DNA of 64,000 nt, from the NCBI GenBank assembly GCA_002436025.1, contig DIXM01000002.1:245659-309658 (forward strand), read 5' to 3'. Position numbers and translations under genes: made by a program. The notes under the pieces are model-generated. The model saw nothing but the letters and a program-made list of their open reading frames with translations. It was not told the DNA's origin and ran no database searches. Every line of letters begins with the position of its first letter. The first letter of the stretch is position 1. The DNA is from a candidate division Hyd24-12 bacterium UBA6080 (lineage in GTDB: Bacteria; Fermentibacterota; Fermentibacteria; Fermentibacterales; JCC-6). Below are positions 1-11,400 of this stretch, piece after piece.

Positions 1-1171
<1,171 letters not shown>

Positions 1172-1177
1172 GTAAAA

Positions 1178-1327
1178 GTGCGAGTCATAATCAACCTGGC
1201 CTGTTCTGAGTGCAAGCGTCGCAACTACAGCACGACAAAGAACAAGCGAACTCATCCGGACAGGATAGAGCTGAACAAGTATTGCCGGTTCTGCCAGAAG
1301 CATACCAAGCACAGGGAAGGCAAATAG
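1178..1327 (+). CDS. rpmG: 50S ribosomal protein L33 (zinc-ribbon C+ form)
   Basis: Manual translation from GTG: [49 protein letters not shown], with CxxC...CxxC. Lies 7 nt after the tuf stop. Shorter than the ORF-track length cutoff. Confidence 0.8.
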   Translation: MRVIINLACSECKRRNYSTTKNKRTHPDRIELNKYCRFCQKHTKHREGK

Positions 1328-1353
1328 AACCGGAAGAGGATTGAAGGGAACGC

Positions 1354-1429
1354 AGGGCAGTAGCACAATTGGCAGTGCACCGGACTCCAAATCCGGGGGT
1401 TGAGGGTTCAAGTCCTTCCTGCCCTGCCA
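1354..1429 (+). tRNA. tRNA-Trp (anticodon CCA)
   Basis: Cloverleaf folded by eye. Acceptor stem AGGGCAG/CTGCCCT. Anticodon stem CCGGA/TCCGG with loop CTCCAAA. T-arm GAGGG-TTCAAGT-CCTTC. Discriminator G plus encoded CCA. Sits in the classical rpmG-trpT-secE position. Confidence 0.85.
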
Positions 1430-1469
1430 GATTCCCTTACGGAACTAAAACGGGACGGAGAATGGAAAG

Positions 1470-1712
1470 ATGGCGGCAAAAGCGGCCGGTGGCGGAAAAC
1501 TTGGCTTCCTGTCCAGATGGGCTGGGCTGGCTGTCGAGTTCCTGGGCGAAGTCAAGGCGGAACTGACAAAGGTCGCCTGGCCCACCAAGGATGAAACGAT
1601 AGCCTCCACCTGGGTCATCCTGGCGGCGGTTGCCGTGGTATCGGTCTGGATATTCCTGACCGACACCATATCCTCTCAGACGTTGTCCTTCCTCATCAGG
1701 TCGTTCAACTGA
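1470..1712 (+). CDS. secE: Preprotein translocase subunit SecE
   Basis: 80 aa with a C-terminal TM helix and the conserved KVAWPTKDE motif. Position between tRNA-Trp and nusG. Confidence 0.8.
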   Translation: MAAKAAGGGKLGFLSRWAGLAVEFLGEVKAELTKVAWPTKDETIASTWVILAAVAVVSVWIFLTDTISSQTLSFLIRSFN

Positions 1713-2302
1713 TGGTCGCCGTTTCACAGGCGGCTCCGGAAGGAACCGTTGCCTTGGATAGTGAGAATCCCGCTCTCAGGTGGTACGTGGTGCACTCCTA
1801 CTCCGGCTACGAACTAAGGGTCAGGAAATTTCTTGAGGGTCCCCTCGCAAGGAAGTTTCCCGGACGGGTCGGGAAGGTCGTCATCCCCACCGAGGAGATA
1901 ACGAACCGGCGGAACGGGAAGGACATCACCAGAGAGAAGAAGCTGTACCCCGGTTATGTTTTCGTTCAGCTCGAGCTCGATGACGAGATGATCCTTGACG
2001 TAAGGGGCATGGTCAACGTCAGCGGTTTCCCCCCCATGAACAAGGGCAGGCCCACTCCCCTTTCCGACGCGGACATGAAGAGGATACTGGGTCAGTCCGA
2101 CGGCAGCACCGAAGAGAAGAAGGTCGTCAGGATCTCCTTCAAGGTCGGCCAGACCGTAAGGGTAGTTGAAGGCCCCTTCAGAAACTTCACCGGGGTCGTG
2201 GAATCGCTGAATCCTGAGAGGGGAAAAGTCAGGGTCATCTTCACCATCTTCGGCCGCAAGGCCCCGGTTGAGATTGACCATTCCCAGGTGAGACTGGTCT
2301 AG
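1712..2302 (+). CDS. nusG: Transcription termination/antitermination factor NusG
   Basis: NGN domain (WYVVHSYSGYE) and a C-terminal KOW motif (KVGQTVRVVEGPFRNFTGVVE). TGATG overlap with secE. Confidence 0.9.
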   Translation: MVAVSQAAPEGTVALDSENPALRWYVVHSYSGYELRVRKFLEGPLARKFPGRVGKVVIPTEEITNRRNGKDITREKKLYPGYVFVQLELDDEMILDVRGMVNVSGFPPMNKGRPTPLSDADMKRILGQSDGSTEEKKVVRISFKVGQTVRVVEGPFRNFTGVVESLNPERGKVRVIFTIFGRKAPVEIDHSQVRLV

Positions 2303-2402
2303 GCAAACCCGCCCGGACCTTTACATAGGGGTCGAACTACCCCGCAATCGATCCGTGACCGTTCCATCAAGGGGAGGAACGTAACGGATGAAAGGAGTTC
2401 CC

Positions 2403-2831
2403 ATGGCCAAGAAGATCTTGGGCATGGTAAAGCTTCAGCTCTCTGCAGGACAGGCTACTCCCGCCCCCCCGGTGGGACCCGCCCTGGGCCAGTACGGAAT
2501 CAATCTGGCCGGATTCTGCAAAGAGTTCAATGCCCGTACCCAGGGGCAGGAAGGCCTGATCATCCCTGCGGTGGTCACGGTCTACAAGGACAGAAGCTTT
2601 ACCTTTGAGCTCAAGTCGCCTCCCGCGGCGATCCTTCTTAAAAGGGCCGCCGGCCTGGCGAAGGGGTCGCCGGAATCCAACCGCAACAAGGTTGGGACCG
2701 TCACCACCGCCCAGTGCCGCGAGATCGCCCGCACCAAAATGAAGGACCTCAACGCGGCATCCGAAGACGCCGCGGTCGAGATGATCCGCGGTACGGCCCG
2801 CAGCATGGGCCTGGAGGTGGTGGATGGCTAA
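2403..2831 (+). CDS. rplK: 50S ribosomal protein L11
   Basis: [30 protein letters not shown], typical L11 N-terminus. AAGGAG Shine-Dalgarno before the ATG at 2403; the ORF-track start at 2388 is probably too early. Confidence 0.9.
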   Translation: MAKKILGMVKLQLSAGQATPAPPVGPALGQYGINLAGFCKEFNARTQGQEGLIIPAVVTVYKDRSFTFELKSPPAAILLKRAAGLAKGSPESNRNKVGTVTTAQCREIARTKMKDLNAASEDAAVEMIRGTARSMGLEVVDG

Positions 2832-3528
2832 TGTCAGCAGAAGGTTCGCCAAGGCCCGGGAGACGGTCGATCGCGAGAGGATCTACTCCCTCGACGAGAC
2901 GATCGCCCTGGTGAAGGGCGCCGCCACAGCAAAGTTCGACGAGACCGTTGAAGTTGCGGTGAACCTGGGCGTGAATCCGAAGCATTCGGATCAGGTCGTC
3001 CGTGGAACCTGCATTCTTCCCTTCGGCACCGGAAGAACGGTCCGTGTACTGGTATTCGCCAGGGGCGAGAAGGCCGAAGAGGCCCGGGAAGCCGGCGCGG
3101 ACAGCATAGGCGATGAGGAAACCGTAGAGAAGATCAAGGGCGGCTGGATGGATTTCGATGTGGTCATCGCCACGCCCGACATGATGAAGGTCCTGGGCGC
3201 GGTGGCCAGAATCCTCGGTCCCCGGGGTCTCATGCCCAACCCGAAAACCGGCACCGTGACAATGGATGTGTCACAGGCGGTCAGGGAGGCGAAAGCCGGC
3301 AAGATCAACTTCAGGGTTGACAAGACCGGTGTGCTTCATGTTCCTGTGGGCAAGGCCAGCTTCGATGAGCCGGCCCTCAGGGAGAACATTGTGGCCTTCA
3401 TGGAGAAGGTGATGCAACTCAAACCCGCCACCGCCAAGGGCAAGTACATCATCAGCATGTCGGTCTCATCCACCATGGGTCCCGGAGTTCGGGTTGATAC
3501 CGCCGATCTCCGGCTGGTTCTCAAGTGA
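2824..3528 (+). CDS. rplA: 50S ribosomal protein L1
   Basis: 234 aa L1-like translation. 8-nt overlap with the end of rplK. Confidence 0.9.
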   Translation: MANVSRRFAKARETVDRERIYSLDETIALVKGAATAKFDETVEVAVNLGVNPKHSDQVVRGTCILPFGTGRTVRVLVFARGEKAEEAREAGADSIGDEETVEKIKGGWMDFDVVIATPDMMKVLGAVARILGPRGLMPNPKTGTVTMDVSQAVREAKAGKINFRVDKTGVLHVPVGKASFDEPALRENIVAFMEKVMQLKPATAKGKYIISMSVSSTMGPGVRVDTADLRLVLK

Positions 3529-3538
3529 GGAGGGTGGA

Positions 3539-4072
3539 ATGAGCATCACAAGACAGCGCAAGGAGACAACGGTCGCGTCCCTCACTGAGGAACTGGGGTC
3601 CAACGGGGCATTTGTTCTCGCGGATTTCACCGGGATAACCGTTGCCGACATGACCGAGTTGAGAAAGATCATGCGTGAGCGCGGGGTCAGCTTCACGGTA
3701 GTGAAGAACACCCTGCTCGACATCGTGCTGAAGGGCGTTGAACTCACAGGCGAAGAGGACGTCTTCCAGTACCTTCAGGGCCCCACAGCTCTGGCATCAA
3801 GCCGTGATGAAGTGCTTCCGGCAAAGGTTCTCAAGGAGTTTGCCGCCACCCATGAGGGTCGGCCCGTCATAAAGGGCGGCTTCGTGGCCGGGAGGAGTTA
3901 CAACGCGGTGCAGGTGGCGAGTCTGGCGGACATGCCAAGCCGGGATGAGCTTCTGGCCAGGGTCATGGGTTCCGCCACGGCCCCCATCCGGGGTTTTGTC
4001 ACCGTCACCGGCGGTATTGTGAGAAAGCTTCTTTACGCGCTCAACGCCGTGAAGGAAAGCAAAGAGAACTGA
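3539..4072 (+). CDS. rplJ: 50S ribosomal protein L10
   Basis: Internal ATG at 3539 preceded by GGAGGG. MSITRQRKETTVASLTEEL is L10-like. Confidence 0.85.
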   Translation: MSITRQRKETTVASLTEELGSNGAFVLADFTGITVADMTELRKIMRERGVSFTVVKNTLLDIVLKGVELTGEEDVFQYLQGPTALASSRDEVLPAKVLKEFAATHEGRPVIKGGFVAGRSYNAVQVASLADMPSRDELLARVMGSATAPIRGFVTVTGGIVRKLLYALNAVKESKEN

Positions 4073-4127
4073 GTCGATACCATTAACGCGACCCAAGGGT
4101 CCGATTGCCTAAAACGGAGGAAGAACC

Positions 4128-4508
4128 ATGAGTGACGACAAGAAGGCCGCCATCATCGAGGCCATTTCCAATATGACCGTTCTTGAGCTCGCCGAGCTTG
4201 TCAAGGAGATGGAAGCCAAGTTCGGAGTGTCGGCCGCAGCCCCCGCAGTTGCAGTTGCCGCTGCCGGACCCGCCGCTGCCGTGGAAGTGGAAGAGCAAAC
4301 CGAGTTCGACGTGATCCTCGAGAGCTTCGGCTCGAAGAAGATCGCTGTCATCAAGGTGGTCAGGGAACTCACGAACCTGGGTCTGAAGGAAGCCAAGGAC
4401 CTCGTGGACGGAGCCCCCTCCAAGCTCAAGGAAGCCGCGGAGAAGGCCGAAGCCGAAGAGATGAAGAAGCAGCTTGAGGAAGCCGGCGCAACTGTCATAC
4501 TCAAGTAG
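4128..4508 (+). CDS. rplL: 50S ribosomal protein L7/L12
   Basis: 126 aa with an Ala/Pro hinge and C-terminal [11 protein letters not shown]...KEEAEE. GGAGG RBS. Confidence 0.92.
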   Translation: MSDDKKAAIIEAISNMTVLELAELVKEMEAKFGVSAAAPAVAVAAAGPAAAVEVEEQTEFDVILESFGSKKIAVIKVVRELTNLGLKEAKDLVDGAPSKLKEAAEKAEAEEMKKQLEEAGATVILK

Positions 4509-4529
4509 CAGGTGTATTCTGGTCTTTGC

Positions 4530-4560
4530 GGAAGGGACGGGATCAAATCCCGTCCCTTCC
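4530..4560 (+). terminator. rplL-rpoB intergenic hairpin (attenuator-like, weak U-tract)
   Basis: Perfect 13-bp stem GGAAGGGACGGGA / TCCCGTCCCTTCC with a 5-nt loop. Followed by CCCCGTTTCC...GTTTCGTGTTTCCTTTC. Matches the known partial terminator position between rplL and rpoB. Confidence 0.5.
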
Positions 4561-4610
4561 ATCCCCGTTTCCGGGCGTTTCGTGTTTCCTTTCAGTTGTG
4601 AGGAGCGGCA

Positions 4611-7600
4611 GTGAATAAGGATAGACCTGTCAGGAACTATTCGCGGGTTACCCCTGCCCTTGAAGTACCCGACCTGCTGAAGGTACAGCGGGATTCCTTC
4701 GAGAATTTTCTACAGGCTGATGTACCTTCGGATGAAAGACTTCCACAAGGTTTACACAAGATATTTCTCGACACATTTCCGATTGAGAGCGCAAGCAAGG
4801 AGTTTTCCCTTGAGTATGTGAGCTTCGAGGTTTCCCCTCCGAAGCACACCGTGAAGGAAGCCCTGGAACGGGGCGTCACCTACTGCGCCAACCTCAACGC
4901 CGTGATGCGCCTGGTCACCCGTGACCCCGAGTCGAAAAGCTTCAAGATGGGTGTTGATCAGAAGGTCTTCCTGGGCAGTCTGCCCATAATGACCGACAGT
5001 GGCTCCTTCATTATCAACGGCGCCGAAAGGGTCATCGTAAGTCAGCTTCACAGGAGCCCCGGTGTATTCTTCGAAGAGAAGGTCCAGCAGAGGAACCGCA
5101 GGGTTCACAGCGCCAGGGTCATTCCCCACCGGGGCTCGTGGCTCGAGATAAACCTCGATCCCAACGATCAGATTTTCGCCATCATAGACAGGCGCAACAA
5201 ACGGATACCTGTCACCATGCTTCTCCGGGCACTGGGTCTCTCCACTGACACACAGATTCTCGCCGCATTCTATCCCGTGGTGGAGAAAGACCTTGAAGCC
5301 ATGCTCAAACGTCAGTCCAGAAGCAGCGACTTCATTCACAGAACCTTCGCCGAGGACATTGCCGATCCGGCGACCGGTGAAGTGCTGGTTCGCTGTGACG
5401 AACCTGTGGAAACCGTTGAGAAGCTTGAGAACCTCGTATCCAGGGGCATAACCAAAGCCCGTTTTCTCGAGTCCCGCTCGGAGAGGGACAATTTCGACGG
5501 AATCCGCAAGACCCTGGCCAAAGAGGAGTCGAGTCTCGGCGCCGGTGTCGACAAGAACGAGGATTCCGCAACGATGTGGATATACGAAGCACTTCGCGGC
5601 ACAGAAGCCCCCTCCCTCGATCACGCGAGAAGCTACCTCAGAAGCATGTTCTTCGACAGCAAGCGCTACAGCCTGAGCGAGGTCGGGCGTTACAAGCTGA
5701 ACGAGAGGTTGAACATCAACACCTCCATGGACCGTCTCACCCTTGTGGTGGAGGACCTGGTGGCGATCGTGGACAACCTCATAATGCTTCGTGAGGGCAC
5801 CAACACCGCTGACGACATCGACCACCTGGGCAACCGCAGGGTCAAGACCGTGGGCGAGCTGCTCAGTCAGGAATTCAGCAAGGGTCTCAGCCGCATGGCC
5901 CGGACCATCCGTGACAAGATGGGCCACCAGGACAAGGACAAGCTCCGCCCGCAGGACCTTGTGAACTCCAGAACCCTCTCCAGCGTCATCAACACGTTCT
6001 TCGGCTCGAGCCAGCTCTCGCAGTTCATGGAGCAGACCAATCCTCTTGCGGAACTCACCCATAAGAGGCGCACAAGCGCTCTGGGCGAGGGCGGTCTTAC
6101 CCGCGAGAGGGCAGGCTTCGACGTTAGAGACGTGCATCACACCCATTACGGCAGGGTTTGCCCCGTGGAAACCCCTGAAGGCCCGAACATCGGCCTCATA
6201 ACAACCCTTTCAGTGTACGCCTCGATCAACCGTTTCGGCTTCCTCGAAACACCCTACCGGCGTGTCATCAAGGGAAAGATCACCGACGAGGTGGTGTACC
6301 TTTCCGCAGACCGGGAAGACCGCACCACGATCGCCGAGGCAGACTCCCCTGTCGATGCCAAAGGTTACCTGACAGGTCCCCTTGTGAGGGCCAGAAAGGC
6401 CGGAAACTTTCCCATGGTGCGTCCTGACGACATCGAATACATCGATGTCAGCCCGATGCAGCTCGTGGGTCTTTCCGCCGCCCTCATCCCCTTCCTCGAG
6501 CATGACGACGCCAACAGGGCACTGATGGGCTCCAACATGCAGAGGCAGGCGGTTCCTCTTCTCTACACCCAGCCCCCGGTCGTGGGGACCGGCATGGAAG
6601 CAGTGGCCGCCCGCGACAGCGGTGCGCTGGTCACTGCCCGCAGGGGTGGCATGGTGGTCGAGGTCGACTCACGCAAGATCGTGGTCAGGGCCGACGGCGA
6701 CGAGTACGATTTTGACAGGGATGACGTCTACGACCTTAAGAAGTTCCAGAGAAGCAACCAGGACACCTGCATCAACCAGAAACCAATGGTCAGCCCTGGC
6801 CAGAGGGTCGAGGAGGGTGCCATCCTTGCGGACGGCATGGCCACCAGCGACGGCAGGCTTGCACTGGGAGTGAACGCCCTGGTCGCCTTCACACCGTGGA
6901 ACGGCTACAACTACGAAGACGCTGTCGTGATGAGCGAGCGTCTGGTGAAGAACGACCTTTTCACAAGTGTTCACATCGAGGAGTACGAGGTCAACTTCCG
7001 CGAGACCAAACTCGGTCCCGAGGAACTTCTTCGCGACATCCCCAACGTGGGCGAGGACCGCAAGCGTAACCTCGACGAAAACGGAATTATCCGGGTCGGC
7101 GCAAGGGTTAGGTCGGATGACATCCTTGTCGGCAAGGTGAGCCCCAAGGGCGAGCAGGACCTTTCCCCGGCGGAAAGGCTCATCCGGGCCATTTTCGGCC
7201 AGAAGGCCGGCGATGTGAAGGACACTTCCCTCAGGGCTCCCAACGGCATGGACGGCATCGTGGTGGACGTGAAGGTCTACTCCCGCCGTGACGACACGGA
7301 GAGGGGCCGCAGGGTTCTCGAGGAACGCATCGACGCCCTCAGGGAACAGAAGCTGAACAGGGAACAGCGGCTCTGCAAAGAGCGGGATGACATGCTTTGC
7401 GAAGTTCTCACAGGCCAGAAGGCCGTCAACCTCATCGACTCCGTGACCGGCGAGCAGTACGTGCCCTCGGGCCGCAAGCTCACCACTGCGTCACTTCGCA
7501 AGGTGAACTTCACCGACATCGACTACGGCCGGCAGCTCTGCGAAGACCTCAAGGCCGATGACAGGGCCAGGAGGATCCTTCGAAGCACAAGCAGGGAACT

Positions 7601-8411
7601 CGACAAGATACAGCAGGAGTTCCTTCAGGCCGAGAACAGGATCAGCGTCGGAGACGAGCTCAAACCCGGCGTTATCAAGCTTGTCAAGGTCTACGTGGCC
7701 AAGAGGCGCAAGCTCAGGGTCGGCGACAAGGTCGCGGGCCGACACGGCAACAAGGGCATCGTGAGCATCATAGTCCCCGAGGAGGACATGCCCTACCTGC
7801 CGGACGGCACACCCGTAGACATCTGTCTCAACCCGCTGGGCGTTCCCTCCCGAATGAACGTGGGCCAGATCATGGAAACCAATCTCGGCTGGGCCGCCAA
7901 GACGCTGGGCTTCGATGTGGTGACACCGGTCTTCGACTCGGCGCACAACAGCGTGATAGAGGAAACCCTGGAAGAGGCCGGCCTGCCCCGCGACGGCAAG
8001 ACGGTCCTCTACGACGGCCGCACCGGCGAACCCATGAACGAGAGTGTTACCGTTGGTCTCATGTACGTTATGAAACTCGCCCATCAGGTGGAAGACAAGA
8101 TCCATGCCCGGTCCACAGGTCCGTACGCCATGGTCACCCAGCAGCCACTGGGCGGCAAGGCGCAGAACGGCGGCCAGAGGCTGGGTGAGATGGAGGTCTG
8201 GGCGCTCGAAGCGTACGGGGCGGCCCACTGCCTGCAGGAGATGCTCACTATCAAGTCGGATGACGTCGAGGGCAGGAACAGGGCCTACAGCAGCATCGTA
8301 CAGGGAAAGGCCATTCCCCCCTCCAGCACACCCGAGGCCTTCAGCGTTCTTCTGAACGAGATGAGAAGCCTGGCCCTGGATGTGGAACTGGTTACCGAGG
8401 AGGAGAACTAG
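4611..8411 (+). CDS. rpoB: DNA-directed RNA polymerase subunit beta
   Basis: 1266 aa. GTG start after AGGAG. Conserved beta-subunit blocks (e.g. GEGGLTRERAGFDVRDVHHTHYGRVCPVETPEGPNIGL). Confidence 0.95.
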   Translation: MNKDRPVRNYSRVTPALEVPDLLKVQRDSFENFLQADVPSDERLPQGLHKIFLDTFPIESASKEFSLEYVSFEVSPPKHTVKEALERGVTYCANLNAVMRLVTRDPESKSFKMGVDQKVFLGSLPIMTDSGSFIINGAERVIVSQLHRSPGVFFEEKVQQRNRRVHSARVIPHRGSWLEINLDPNDQIFAIIDRRNKRIPVTMLLRALGLSTDTQILAAFYPVVEKDLEAMLKRQSRSSDFIHRTFAEDIADPATGEVLVRCDEPVETVEKLENLVSRGITKARFLESRSERDNFDGIRKTLAKEESSLGAGVDKNEDSATMWIYEALRGTEAPSLDHARSYLRSMFFDSKRYSLSEVGRYKLNERLNINTSMDRLTLVVEDLVAIVDNLIMLREGTNTADDIDHLGNRRVKTVGELLSQEFSKGLSRMARTIRDKMGHQDKDKLRPQDLVNSRTLSSVINTFFGSSQLSQFMEQTNPLAELTHKRRTSALGEGGLTRERAGFDVRDVHHTHYGRVCPVETPEGPNIGLITTLSVYASINRFGFLETPYRRVIKGKITDEVVYLSADREDRTTIAEADSPVDAKGYLTGPLVRARKAGNFPMVRPDDIEYIDVSPMQLVGLSAALIPFLEHDDANRALMGSNMQRQAVPLLYTQPPVVGTGMEAVAARDSGALVTARRGGMVVEVDSRKIVVRADGDEYDFDRDDVYDLKKFQRSNQDTCINQKPMVSPGQRVEEGAILADGMATSDGRLALGVNALVAFTPWNGYNYEDAVVMSERLVKNDLFTSVHIEEYEVNFRETKLGPEELLRDIPNVGEDRKRNLDENGIIRVGARVRSDDILVGKVSPKGEQDLSPAERLIRAIFGQKAGDVKDTSLRAPNGMDGIVVDVKVYSRRDDTERGRRVLEERIDALREQKLNREQRLCKERDDMLCEVLTGQKAVNLIDSVTGEQYVPSGRKLTTASLRKVNFTDIDYGRQLCEDLKADDRARRILRSTSRELDKIQQEFLQAENRISVGDELKPGVIKLVKVYVAKRRKLRVGDKVAGRHGNKGIVSIIVPEEDMPYLPDGTPVDICLNPLGVPSRMNVGQIMETNLGWAAKTLGFDVVTPVFDSAHNSVIEETLEEAGLPRDGKTVLYDGRTGEPMNESVTVGLMYVMKLAHQVEDKIHARSTGPYAMVTQQPLGGKAQNGGQRLGEMEVWALEAYGAAHCLQEMLTIKSDDVEGRNRAYSSIVQGKAIPPSSTPEAFSVLLNEMRSLALDVELVTEEEN

Positions 8412-8412
8412 A

Positions 8413-11400
8413 ATGCACAGCAATCCCTCTCCAAGAGATGTGAATGCTTTCCCCACCGATTTCAGGGGGATCCGCATAAGCCTCGCCTCTCCGGACACCA
8501 TAAGGAACTGGTCCCACGGCGAGGTCACCAAGGCTGAAACGATAAACTACAGAAGCTACAAGCCCGAACCTGACGGCCTCTTCTGCGAGCGCATATTCGG
8601 GCCTGAAAAGGACTGGGAGTGCGCCTGCGGAAGGTACAAGAGGATCCGCTACCGAGGCGTGAAGTGTGACCGGTGCGGGGTGGAAGTGACCATGTCCAAG
8701 GTGCGGCGCAGCCGCATGGGACACATTGATCTCGCAGTTCCCGTGTGCCACATATGGTACTACAAGAACCGCCAGATCTCAAAGCTCCTGGACATAACCA
8801 ACATCGATCTCGAAAGGGTTCTCTACTACGAATCATACATCGTTGTGGCCAGCGATCATCCCCAGCTCCGGCCCGGCACCGTCCTCGGTGACGAGGAGTA
8901 CTACGCCGCAAAGGAAACCTACGGGAAAGACACCTTCAAGGTGGGCATGGGCGCCGAAGCGATCGCGAACCTTCTGGCCGGGCTCGATCTCGAGGAGCTG
9001 GCCGCCATGCTCCGCACCTCCATCGCCAACGAAACGACCCTTTCCAGGCGTCAGAAGAACGTGAAGAGGCTGAAGGAAGTGGTGGCTTTCACGAACTCCC
9101 GGGCCGAGAACCGCCCGGAGTGGATGATCCTTCGAATACTTCCCGTGCTGCCTCCGGGTCTTCGGCCCCTGGTTCCCCTCGACGGTGGCCGCTTCGCCAG
9201 CAGTGACCTCAACGACCTCTACCGCAGGGTCATCAACAGGAACAACCGCCTGAAGAGGCTTCTTGACCTCCAGGCGCCCGACGTGATCCTTCGCAACGAA
9301 AAGCGGATGCTTCAGGAAGCGGTTGACGCGGTGCTTGACAACTCCAGCCGCCGCAAACCAGTGAAGGGCGCGGGCATGCGCCCGCTCCGAAGCCTCTCCG
9401 ACCTTCTGAAGGGGAAGCGGGGAAGGTTCCGCCAGAACCTTCTGGGCAAAAGGGTGGACTACTCAGGCCGAAGCGTCATCGTGGTCGGCCCCGAACTCAA
9501 GCTTCATCAGTGCGGTCTTCCGAAAACCATGGCCCTCGAGCTTTTCAAGCCCTTCGTGGTTGCCAGGTGGGAGAAGAAGTACGGTTGCGGCGTGAAGATG
9601 GCCCAGAAGAAGGTCGAAGAACGCCCGGAAGAAGTCTGGGCCATACTCGAAAAGGTTATCAGGAACCACCCGGTTCTCATCAACAGAGCTCCCACTCTGC
9701 ACAGGCTGGGAATCCAGGCCTTTGAACCCGTGCTGGTCGAGGGCCTTGCCATCAGGCTTCATCCGCTCTCCTGCGCCGCCTTTAACGCCGACTTCGACGG
9801 TGACCAGATGGCGGTTCACGTTCCCCTTTCCGCCGAGGCCCAGGTCGAGGCCAGAATGCTCATGCTGGGAAGCAGGAACATTCTCAAACCCGCCAGCGGC
9901 GAACCGGTGGTCACGCCCAGCCATGACATGGTCATCGGAGTGTACTACCTGACCAAACCCATGGTCGCCGCCAAGGGCGAAGGGATGGTCTTCTCGGGCA
10001 GGGAAGAGGTCATCGGCGCTCTGGATGCCGGCAAGGTTGACTATCACGCCAAGATAAAGATCAGGGGCGTGAACAGGATCGGCGAAACCGGCAACGACGG
10101 CGAGATGAGAAAACCCACGTACTGGAAGGACTACACGACCCCCGGTCAGGTGGTTTTCAACGGGATAGTTCCCGAAGGCATGGGTTACATAATGGCCAAC
10201 GGCCAGATCCCGCACGAAAAGGTTTTCGGCAAGAAGGGCCTTTCCTCGATGGTCTCCAGGTGCCACCACAACGAAGGCGCCGTGGCCTGCGCCGTATTCC
10301 TCGACAACCTGAAGAGCCTCGGCTTCCACTACAGCACCATCAGCGGGCTTACCGTGGGCATGCGTGACATGATCATCCCCGACATGAAGACCGAGATCGT
10401 CAGCGAGGGCAGGAGGCTCGTGGCCGAGGTCGAGGAGAGAGCCGGGAAGGGCGAACTAACCGAGGCCGAACGGTACAACAGGATCATCGACATATGGAGC
10501 AAGGCCACCGAAGACGTGAAGAAATCCATGATGGATGTCCTCGAGAGGGACAAACACGGTTTCAACCCCATCTTCATGATGGCCCACTCCGGTGCCAGGG
10601 GAAGCGTTGACCAGGTCAGACAGCTCGCAGGCATGAGAGGTCTCATGTCGAAGCCCAAGAAGAAGCTCTCCGGCGAGCTGGGGGAAACCATCGAAACCCC
10701 CATTTTAAGCTCACTGAAGGAAGGCCTCTCGGTCATCGAGTACTCCATCAGTACCCACGGGTCCCGCAAGGGTCTCGCCGACACAGCACTCAAGACCGCC
10801 GATGCGGGTTACCTCACCAGGCGTCTTGTGGATGTCTGCCAGGACGTTGTGATCACCATCGAGGACTGCGGCACGATAAGGGGCAGGAACATCAGCGCCC
10901 TGAAAGAGGGCGAGGAGATACTTGAACCCCTCCGCGACAGGATCGTGGGCAGGGTTACCGCCGAGGACGTCTTCGATCCCATCGGTGACGAGATCATCCT
11001 CGAGGCGGGACGCGAAGTTACGGCCGAGCACGCGCTCAGGATCGAGGAAAAGGGCATCGAGACCGTCAGGATCCGAAGCGTTCTCACCTGCGAGGCTGAA
11101 CACGGCCTTTGCGCCAGGTGCTACGGATGGGACCTCAGCCGAAACCGCATGGTGACAAGGGGAGAAGCGGTGGGAGTCATCGCTGCCCAGTCCATCGGAG
11201 AACCCGGCACCCAGCTCACCCTGCGCACGTTCCACACCGGTGGTGTTGCCGGCCGTGAGGCCAAGGAGACTGAAGTCAGGGCAAGGCGCGCCGGAAAGGT
11301 CAGTTTCCGCAACATCCATATCGTTGAGGGCTCGGACGAATCCGGCAAGGTCAACCGCATAGCCACCAGGAACGGTCAGATCGTTATTCTCGACGAAAGC

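Noticed and set aside
4752-6146. 464-aa ORF antisense to rpoB (also 7491..8531, 9463..10329 and 11998..12849 antisense to rpoB/rpoC)
   Set aside because: Long antisense ORFs are expected in GC-rich coding DNA. The sense strand carries unmistakable RNAP beta/beta' motifs. The antisense ORFs have no RBS and no recognisable domains.
8380-8412. ORF-track start of rpoC at 8380 (overlapping the rpoB end)
   Set aside because: The ATG at 8413 follows GGAGGAG and the rpoB stop. The upstream extension (MWNWLPRRRTR) is not conserved-looking.
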